Assembly (NCBI GenBank): GCA_943787795.1
Contig: CALSNU010000003.1
Coordinates: 288,001-352,000, forward strand
DNA: 64,000 bases
Source of the DNA: an uncultured bacterium
GTDB taxonomy: Bacteria; Planctomycetota; UBA1135; GCA-002686595
Direction: 5' to 3'
Made by a program: the position numbers and the translations under genes. The notes beneath the pieces were generated by a model. It saw only the letters and a program-made list of their open reading frames with translations. It ran no database searches and had not been told where the DNA came from. Positions within the stretch are counted from its first letter, which is position 1. The number at the start of each line of letters is the position of its first letter. Shown piece after piece: positions 57,061 through 64,000 of this stretch.

Positions 57061-59025
57061 ATGACGAACCTGGACGGAACCACCGAAGAGACCCGCTTGG
57101 AAGACCCCGCGGCCGAGTCAATTTTGGATGGGATCGAGGGCCCCGCTGACGTCAAGGCGTTGGACCGCGACCAGCTTCCCCAGCTTTGCGGGGAGGTGCG
57201 CGAGTTCCTCCTCGAGAGCGTGCAGCGCACGGGCGGCCACCTGGGGTCCAACCTGGGCGTCGTGGAGCTGACCACCGCCCTCCACCGGGTCTTCGACTTC
57301 AAGCGGGATCGGATCGTCTGGGACGTCTCCCACCAGGCCTACCCGCACAAGATCCTCACCGGTCGCAAGGACCGCTTCGACACGCTCCGGCGGACCGACG
57401 GGCTCTGCGGCTTCACCCATCCGGATGAATCGCCCTACGACCTGTTCCACACGGGCCACGCGGGCACAAGCATCAGCCTGGGGGTCGGGCTCGCCGCGGG
57501 CATGGCGCTTGAGCCGGACCCTCCGCACGTGGTGAGCGTGATCGGGGACGCCTCCCTCGGGGCAGGGGTCGCCTTCGAGGCCCTGAACCACGGGGGCGCC
57601 AGCCGGCCCAAGATGCTCGTCGTCCTCAACGACAACGAGTGGTCGATCTCCAGGTCAGTGGGTTCGCTCTCCAAGTACCTGACGAAGATCCGCGGGAGCC
57701 GGCTCGTACAGCGCGCCGGTCAGGAGACCAAGAGCCTGGTCCAGGCGATTCCGCTGATCGGCCGGCGGGTCGACAAGGCGCTCGACGACATGGGCGAGGT
57801 CCTGCGCCACGTCTTCGTGCCGGGGCACGTGTTCGAGGAGCTTGGCGTGCGCTACGTCGGGCCCATCGACGGCCACAACGTGAACAACCTTGTGGACGTG
57901 CTCGAGAAGGTCCGCGCCCTCGACGGGGTCGTCCTCTTGCACGTGCTGACGGAGAAGGGCAAGGGGCACCCCGACGGCCCGAACCACCCCGAGCGCGTCC
58001 ACGCCGTGGCCGCGCCCAAGCCCCCGGGCAAGCTCGAGCCACCCGCCGACGCGGCGCCCGAGGCGCCGGCCTTCACCAAGGTCTTCGCGCGCTCGCTCAT
58101 CGATCACGCCCGCCGGGACCTCCGCGTGCACGCTATCTCGGCGGCGATGCCCTCGGGCACGGGCCTCGACCGGTTCGCGGAGACGTACCCCTCCAGGTTC
58201 CACGACACGGGGATCTGCGAGCAGCACGCCATCGCCATGGCCGCCGGCATGGCCAAGGCCGGCCTGCGACCCGTCGCCGCCATCTACTCGACCTTCCTGC
58301 AGCGCGGGTTCGACCAGGTCTTCCAGGAGGTCGCGCTCCAGAACCTCCCCGTGGTCTTCGCGCTCGACCGGGCGGGTCCCGTGGGTCAAGACGGGCCTAC
58401 TCACAACGGCGTCTTCGATATCGCGTACCTGCGCACCCTGCCCAACATGGTGCTTGCGGCGCCACGGGACGGGACAGACGTGGACCGGGTGCTGGGCCTC
58501 GCGCTCAAGCACGACGGCCCCCTGGCCATGCGCTTCCCCCGGGGCAAGGTGCCCGCCCACGAGGAGGTCGCGGCCCAGGAGCGCGAGCCCATGGCCGTGG
58601 GCCGTGCAGAGGTCCTGCGCGACGGCGAGGAAGGCGGCGTGGTCCTCTGGGCCTACGGCGTGATGGTCTCCACGGCGCTCGAGGTCGCCCAGGCGCTGGC
58701 CGAGAGGGGCGTCAAGGTCGGAGTGGTGGACGCTCGCTTCGCGAAGCCCATCGACGAGGACCTCCTCGCCAACCACCTGGCCCGGTTCCGCCATGTGCTG
58801 ACCCTCGAGGATCACCAGCGCGCGGGAGGCTTCGGCTCTGCGGTGTTGGAGTCCGCCTCGCGGATCCGGGTGGACGGTCGCGCGGCGTCGGTGCGGGTCT
58901 TCGGAATCCCGGACCGGTACGTGGATCACATGACCACCCGCGAGGAACAGCTGGCCTCTGCGGGGCTTGACGCCCCGTCGGTCACCCGTGTGGTGACGCA
59001 GCTCCTCGGCAAGGTCACCGCCTGA
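57061..59025 (+). CDS. dxs: 1-deoxy-D-xylulose-5-phosphate synthase
   Basis: GGHLGSNLG, HQAYPHKILTGR, GHAGTS, GDAS, NDN, YSTFLQR, DGPTH. Confidence 0.97.
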   Translation: MTNLDGTTEETRLEDPAAESILDGIEGPADVKALDRDQLPQLCGEVREFLLESVQRTGGHLGSNLGVVELTTALHRVFDFKRDRIVWDVSHQAYPHKILTGRKDRFDTLRRTDGLCGFTHPDESPYDLFHTGHAGTSISLGVGLAAGMALEPDPPHVVSVIGDASLGAGVAFEALNHGGASRPKMLVVLNDNEWSISRSVGSLSKYLTKIRGSRLVQRAGQETKSLVQAIPLIGRRVDKALDDMGEVLRHVFVPGHVFEELGVRYVGPIDGHNVNNLVDVLEKVRALDGVVLLHVLTEKGKGHPDGPNHPERVHAVAAPKPPGKLEPPADAAPEAPAFTKVFARSLIDHARRDLRVHAISAAMPSGTGLDRFAETYPSRFHDTGICEQHAIAMAAGMAKAGLRPVAAIYSTFLQRGFDQVFQEVALQNLPVVFALDRAGPVGQDGPTHNGVFDIAYLRTLPNMVLAAPRDGTDVDRVLGLALKHDGPLAMRFPRGKVPAHEEVAAQEREPMAVGRAEVLRDGEEGGVVLWAYGVMVSTALEVAQALAERGVKVGVVDARFAKPIDEDLLANHLARFRHVLTLEDHQRAGGFGSAVLESASRIRVDGRAASVRVFGIPDRYVDHMTTREEQLASAGLDAPSVTRVVTQLLGKVTA

Positions 59026-59034
59026 GGGCGGCGC

Positions 59035-60018
59035 TTGGAATTGTCGGACCACCGCGACAGCAGCCAGTCGACCGAGGGCGCCCACGCTCCGGTGGGGGCG
59101 CCTTCAGGTGCGCGGCCCGGGAGCGGGCGGTTCGAGCCGGCGGGGGGCAAGATCGGCTCGGTGCTGCTGCTCGCAGACGGTCAGAAGACTCGGGTTCAGG
59201 AGGCCCTCGGTGAGGTCGAGTCCTTCCTGGCGAGCCGCGGGGTGACGGTCGCGGTCCACCCGGACGTGCGGGCGCTCCGGGCCAGCGGTGAGGCGCTGGC
59301 GGGTGAGGACGTGGACCTTGTGGTGGTGCTTGGCGGCGACGGCAGCGTCCTGACCGCAGCCCACGCGTTCCATGCCCGTCCCGTGCCGACCATCGGGATC
59401 AACTTCGGGCGGGTGGGCTTCCTCGCCTCTCTTGAGGTCTCGGCCTGGCGCGAGGGGCTCGTCGAGGTCTTCGAGGGGCGGGCCGTGGTGGAGCACCGCA
59501 TGCGACTCGAGGCGCGCATTCGACGCGCTGGTGAGCTGGAGCCCCGGGTGATGTGCGCCATGAACGACGTGGTGATCTCTCGCGGCGAGGCGCCGAAGAT
59601 GGCCGCCTTCCGCCTCTCCTCGGCGGGGCGTGACGTGTCCAGCTATCGCGCGGACGGCCTCATCTGCTCCACGCCGAGCGGGTCGACGGCGTACTCGCTC
59701 GCCGCGGGCGGTCCCATCCTCGACCCCGCGCTCGGGGCGATGGTGGTGACGCCGATCTCGGCCCACGCCCTGGCCATGCGCCCGCTCGTCCTTGATCCCA
59801 GCGCGGAGCTTGAGGTCGCCGTCATCGATTCCCCGAGCCCGGTGTCCCTTGACGTGGACGGGCGGCGTGAGGCGTCGCTCTCGTCTGGAGATGCCGTCCT
59901 CCTCGGCGCAGCGAAGGAGCCCTATCCGCTGCTGACGATCCCGTCGTTCGACCCTTGGCAGCGCCTCCGCGACCGCCTCGGCTGGGCCGGGCGACTCGAC
60001 GAGCGCGTCGAGGACTAG
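59035..60018 (+). CDS. nadK: NAD(+) kinase
   Basis: GGDGS, GRVGFL, ND, ADGLICSTPSGSTAYSLAAGGP. Confidence 0.95.
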   Translation: MELSDHRDSSQSTEGAHAPVGAPSGARPGSGRFEPAGGKIGSVLLLADGQKTRVQEALGEVESFLASRGVTVAVHPDVRALRASGEALAGEDVDLVVVLGGDGSVLTAAHAFHARPVPTIGINFGRVGFLASLEVSAWREGLVEVFEGRAVVEHRMRLEARIRRAGELEPRVMCAMNDVVISRGEAPKMAAFRLSSAGRDVSSYRADGLICSTPSGSTAYSLAAGGPILDPALGAMVVTPISAHALAMRPLVLDPSAELEVAVIDSPSPVSLDVDGRREASLSSGDAVLLGAAKEPYPLLTIPSFDPWQRLRDRLGWAGRLDERVED

Positions 60019-60025
60019 GCGCCGC

Positions 60026-61033
60026 TCAGTTCGGCTCGTCCGAGTCCTTGAGCCACTCGAGGCGCCGGACGCCCTTGCGGGCCATGTACCAGAACCCGAG
60101 CACGCCGAGGGCGAACGTCGCGCTGGAGAAGGCGACCAGCCGCGGACTCTGGGGGATGATGACCACGGCGGCGACGAACTGGATGAGGATCGAGCCGTAG
60201 AGCAGCCTCGCGACAAAGAGCCGGCTGCGAGAGCGAATGAACCAGGCGCCGAAGGGGGCTCCGACCACGACGATGGGCACGCAGACCCACCAGAAGTTCC
60301 ACGCCTCGGGCGCGAGCTCCCCCTGCACCGCGCCACGGTACAGCGCGCCGACCACCGCGTTACCAGCCATCAGGACGACGGAGGTCGGTGTGGCGATCAC
60401 CTCGGAGATCCTGAGGCGCAGCACGAGCAGGGAGAAGGTCACGATGTCCAGGCCGCTGCCGGTCACCGAGCTGATGACTCCACCGACGACCCCGAACCCG
60501 ATCAGGAGCAGCGCGTGCCGCGGGAGGAACCGCTCGATCCGCCTATGGACCTCCCGGTCGCGATAGCGGTTGATCCAGTAGAGGGCGACGGCGAAGGCGA
60601 GCCAGGACGCCGTGAACAGCATCTTGGCGTAGGCGGGCTGCAGCCTGGGCGCGACGAACTCGAGGCCGAAGATGACTCCCATGGCGCCACCCAGGGTCGA
60701 CCAGATGAGCGCAGGGACGACCACGGGCGTCCGGGTCCACAGGATCGTGAAGGACGCAGCGGTCATGCCCACGGCCTGGATCATCAGCGAGAAGTCCCTC
60801 GCGATGCTCGGGGGGATCTTGAACCCCAGGGTCATGACCGGGAAGGCGACCGCGCCGCCGCCTTCGCTGGTGGCCCCGGCGATGAACGAGCCGACGGCCA
60901 TGGTGAGGCTCATGAACCAGTTCTCGGCGAACAGCCCAAAGCGGTCGCCCTGGACCATCAGCGTCAGCCAGAGGGTCCACACCAGGGCGACCGTGACCCC
61001 GATGGACACGGTGGCGTTTCGCGTGCGCGGCAT
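60026..61033 (-). CDS. TauE/SafE family sulfite exporter-like membrane protein
   Basis: GSFIAGATSEGGGAVAFP, GSGLD, ATPTS; multiple TM segments. Confidence 0.85.
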   Translation of the reverse strand: MPRTRNATVSIGVTVALVWTLWLTLMVQGDRFGLFAENWFMSLTMAVGSFIAGATSEGGGAVAFPVMTLGFKIPPSIARDFSLMIQAVGMTAASFTILWTRTPVVVPALIWSTLGGAMGVIFGLEFVAPRLQPAYAKMLFTASWLAFAVALYWINRYRDREVHRRIERFLPRHALLLIGFGVVGGVISSVTGSGLDIVTFSLLVLRLRISEVIATPTSVVLMAGNAVVGALYRGAVQGELAPEAWNFWWVCVPIVVVGAPFGAWFIRSRSRLFVARLLYGSILIQFVAAVVIIPQSPRLVAFSSATFALGVLGFWYMARKGVRRLEWLKDSDEPN

Positions 61034-61044
61034 GGGGCGAAGGG

Positions 61045-61791
61045 TCAGGTGGGGATCGGGGCGGAGGAGTCCGCCTGAATGAGGCCGTCTTCCATGTAGA
61101 GGACGCGCTCGCAGCGCTTTGCCAGCCGCTCATCGTGGGTCACGAGCATCAGCGCCACGCCGCGTGCCGACTGCTCGTCGAGCAGGATCTCGAGCACCTT
61201 CTCTCCGGTCCCGCGGTCGAGGTTGCCCGTGGGCTCGTCGGCGATCAGGATCGGCGGGTCCAGAAGGAGCGCCCGGGCGATCGCGATGCGCTGTTGCTCA
61301 CCGCCAGAGAGCTGCGCGGGCCGATGCCCGAGGCGGTCGGCGAGGCCGAAGCGCGTCAGCATGGTGGTGGCGCGGTCGAGGAACTCGGCCCGGTTGGAGC
61401 GGAACGCACGCCGGCTGAGCTTGATCATGGCCGGCAGCACGGCGTTCTCCAGGGCGGAGAGCTCGGGCAGCAGATGATAGAACTGGAAGACGAAGCCGAT
61501 CTTCTGGTTGCGCAGGTTGGCGCGACGCTTGGGGCTCAGGCTCCAGGCGTCCTCGCCGGCGACGCGGACCGAGCCCTCGGTGGGGCGGTCCAGCAGACCC
61601 AGGATATGGAGCAGGGTGGTCTTGCCGGCGCCGGATGTGCCCATGAGCGCGAGTCGCTCCCCGGCGCGGAGCTCGAGGTTGATGCCGTGCAGGATCTCCA
61701 GCCGCCGCTCGCCCACGGGGAATGAGCGGCGCACGCCCGCGCAGGAGAGGACGGCGTCGGCGGAGAGCGGGTGTTGGGTGGGGTCGCTCAT
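61045..61791 (-). CDS. lolD: Lipoprotein-releasing ABC transporter ATP-binding protein
   Basis: GTSGAGKTT, GFVFQFYHLLPE, LSGGEQQR, ADEPTGNLD; coupled to lolC/E. Confidence 0.88.
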   Translation of the reverse strand: MSDPTQHPLSADAVLSCAGVRRSFPVGERRLEILHGINLELRAGERLALMGTSGAGKTTLLHILGLLDRPTEGSVRVAGEDAWSLSPKRRANLRNQKIGFVFQFYHLLPELSALENAVLPAMIKLSRRAFRSNRAEFLDRATTMLTRFGLADRLGHRPAQLSGGEQQRIAIARALLLDPPILIADEPTGNLDRGTGEKVLEILLDEQSARGVALMLVTHDERLAKRCERVLYMEDGLIQADSSAPIPT

Positions 61792-63197
61792 TCGTGACGC
61801 AGCGCCTCCACGGGGTCGAGGCGCGAGGCGCGCCAGGCGGGGATCGCTGCGAACAGCAGGGTGCTGAAGACGGCGCCGCCCACGATCCACGCCACGCCAC
61901 TGAAGGAGACCTCGGCGGGGATGTGGTCGAAGAGGTAGATCTCGCGGTTGAAGATCTGGAAGCCGAAGACGCTGGAGAGCTTTCGCTCGATGGCGTCGAT
62001 GTTGTACGCGCCTGTGATCCCGACCAGGGCCCCCAGCGCGCTGCCGATCACCGCCTCCCACAGGCCGATCATCAGGAAGAGGGCGAGCACGCCCCGCGGC
62101 GTGGCGCCGAGCGCGCAGAGGATCCCGATGTCCCGGCGCTTCTCCGTGACCATCATCGAGAGCAGCGCGAATACCGTGAAGCCCGCCACGACCAGCACGA
62201 GGCTGAGCATGATGCCCATGAGCGCCTTCTCGTTCTGGATGGCGGCCAGGAGGGTGGCGCGGAAGTCCTCCCAGGTGCGGAACTCGTTGAGGCGGATCCC
62301 GGGCGCGCTCAGGAAACCCTCGGCGTGGAGCTTGGACCAGAGGCGGGCGCGGACGGCGTCCTTGTCGCGTTCGTAGTCGTCCAGCTTGACCAGCACGGCG
62401 GACCACAGCCGGTCACGCTGGAGGAAGTCGGCGAGCGCGCGGCGGTCCATGTAGATGCGCCGCGAGTCGGTCTCGTTGTCCTTGCTGCGGAAGCTGCCGA
62501 CCACCTGAAAGCGAGCGTTGGCGGCCGTCTCGTTGAGCTTGGAGCTGGCCTCGTCGTAGGTGGCCGTGACAAGGGAAACCTCTTGCCCGCGCCGAAGGCC
62601 CCAGAGGTAGGCGAGCTGCTCACCCACGAGGATCGGCACCTTGGGACGGGTCCGTCGCTGCCGGACGTCCCGCAGGTTGACGAAGGGGTCCTCGACGTCT
62701 TCCGGGCGACCGACGTTGCAGAACTTGCCCATCCCGGGCTTCTTGCCGTACTCGGCCTCGAGGGACTCGCGGAAGTCGGTGGCCTCGCCCTCTCCCTCGA
62801 CGTCGATCCCCACCAGCTCGATGAGCTGGATGGCGTCCTGCATGGGCTTCTCGAGGGCGCTCTCCCCGCCGTCGGGCGCGAAGATGCCGTACCACTGCAG
62901 CTGGGGGGTGGCGGCGACCACATCGGGATCCTCCCGGATGATCTCGAGCATGCGCTCGACGTCCGTCTGCATCGGGACCCAGTCACCATTCTCCTGGAGG
63001 ACGGAGGACTGGAATGAGGGCTGGATGACGAGGTCAGCGAGGTTCCCACGCAGGGTCCGCCGGCTCTCCTCGAGGAAGCCTGCCATGATCGACAGGATGA
63101 GCACGAGGGCTCCCACAGCCACCAGGATGCCGGCCATGCCGATCCAGTTGGTCTTGCGCGCTTTCAGGTAGCGCAGGCTGAGGAAGGTGCGGAACAC
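61788..63197 (-). CDS. lolC: Lipoprotein-releasing ABC transporter permease (LolC/E)
   Basis: LRYL, LSIMAGF, EKRRDIGIL.ALGA, PAWRASRLDPVEALRHE; follows lysS. Confidence 0.85.
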   Translation of the reverse strand: MFRTFLSLRYLKARKTNWIGMAGILVAVGALVLILSIMAGFLEESRRTLRGNLADLVIQPSFQSSVLQENGDWVPMQTDVERMLEIIREDPDVVAATPQLQWYGIFAPDGGESALEKPMQDAIQLIELVGIDVEGEGEATDFRESLEAEYGKKPGMGKFCNVGRPEDVEDPFVNLRDVRQRRTRPKVPILVGEQLAYLWGLRRGQEVSLVTATYDEASSKLNETAANARFQVVGSFRSKDNETDSRRIYMDRRALADFLQRDRLWSAVLVKLDDYERDKDAVRARLWSKLHAEGFLSAPGIRLNEFRTWEDFRATLLAAIQNEKALMGIMLSLVLVVAGFTVFALLSMMVTEKRRDIGILCALGATPRGVLALFLMIGLWEAVIGSALGALVGITGAYNIDAIERKLSSVFGFQIFNREIYLFDHIPAEVSFSGVAWIVGGAVFSTLLFAAIPAWRASRLDPVEALRHE

Positions 63198-63223
63198 GGA
63201 GTGAGTGCTGGGTCAGTATTGGG

Positions 63224-64000
63224 TCAGGCGCCGGCGGGGGCCTCCTCGGAGGTCTCTTCGGCGTCGGCGGTCGGCTCCTCGATCTTACGCATGGCGGGGA
63301 ACAGCAGGACGTCGCGGATCGAGTCCTGGCCCGTGAGGAGCATCAGGAGGCGGTCGATGCCGACGCCCAGGCCGCCCGTGGGTGGCATCCCGAATTCGAG
63401 GGCCTGGACGTAGTCCACGTCGACCTCTCCGGGGGTCTCGGGGTCCTTGGAGGCCACCTGGTCCACGAAGCGGCGCTCCTGCTCCGCGGGATCGTTGAGC
63501 TCGGAGAAGGCGTTGCCCAGCTCCATCGAGGCGACGAAGACCTCGAAGCGCTCTGCGAGGGCGGGGTCCTCGGGGGAGGCCTTGGCCAGGGGGCAGATCG
63601 GGACGGGGTAGTGGGTCACGAAGATCGGCCCCGCGAGGTGCGGCTCGACGGTCTCCTCGAACACGTCGTTCATGAGCTTCCAGTACTCATCCGAGGTGTG
63701 GTTGATACCCAGTTCTTTGGCCTTGGCCCGCACGGCGGGCTCATCGTCGTAGTCGCAGCCGGCGTGCTCGCGGAAGAGATCTGTGTACCGGGCCCGCTGG
63801 AAGGGCACCTTGAGGTCGTACTCCTCGCCGCGGAAGGTGATGCCGGTCTGGCCGTTGAGCTCGATGGCGAGGAGCTCGAACATCCGCTCGGTGAGCTCCA
63901 TCATCCGGTGGAAGTCGGCCTGGGCCTCGTAGAGCTCCAGCATCGTGAACTCGGGGTTGTGCCGGGTGGACAGCCCCTCGTTGCGGAAGTTTCTGCTCAC
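63224..64000 (-). CDS. lysS: Lysine--tRNA ligase (class II), 3' part
   Basis: [38 protein letters not shown]. Confidence 0.97.
   Translation of the reverse strand: MSRNFRNEGLSTRHNPEFTMLELYEAQADFHRMMELTERMFELLAIELNGQTGITFRGEEYDLKVPFQRARYTDLFREHAGCDYDDEPAVRAKAKELGINHTSDEYWKLMNDVFEETVEPHLAGPIFVTHYPVPICPLAKASPEDPALAERFEVFVASMELGNAFSELNDPAEQERRFVDQVASKDPETPGEVDVDYVQALEFGMPPTGGLGVGIDRLLMLLTGQDSIRDVLLFPAMRKIEEPTADAEETSEEAPAGA

Overview
Very GC-rich bacterial chromosomal segment with about 50 CDS and no rRNA, tRNA, CRISPR array, transposase or prophage that I can see. The gene content (DLG-type Ser/Thr kinase, GldA/F/G-DUF4340 operon, Tat-exported Hyi-like protein, short S1-like protein, TMTC-like proteins, GH29 and BNR hydrolases) suggests a Planctomycetota genome, possibly an OM190-like lineage; this is inference only. 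The left ~17 kb is accessory: an amino-sugar/glycan locus, an orphan alkB, a TMEM43-TerB fusion, a conditioned-medium-factor-like lipase-fold protein and a glutamate decarboxylase. The rest mixes housekeeping genes (purN, yggS, tilS, gap-pgk-rpe-accD, panB, xseB-ispA-dxs-nadK, lolD/lolCE, lysS) with an MrfAB-like repair pair and poorly characterised genes. Main observations: (1) TANNNT -10 hexamers sit 6-9 nt upstream of many start codons, and CCCC-ATG starts lack Shine-Dalgarno motifs, pointing to widespread leaderless or non-SD initiation. (2) Several intact ORFs have lost catalytic or ligand residues: PNP-like, amidohydrolase, CheC-like and the kinase FHA domain. (3) A chain of overlapping ORFs couples yggS, an FHA-kinase, the degenerate PNP and purN. 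(4) There is a cryptic JmjC-like oxygenase. (5) There is a divergent pair of GT-C glycosyltransferases. (6) The gldA-like tail is frameshifted. All family calls come from motif recognition, not database searches. Several start codons were re-assigned by eye.
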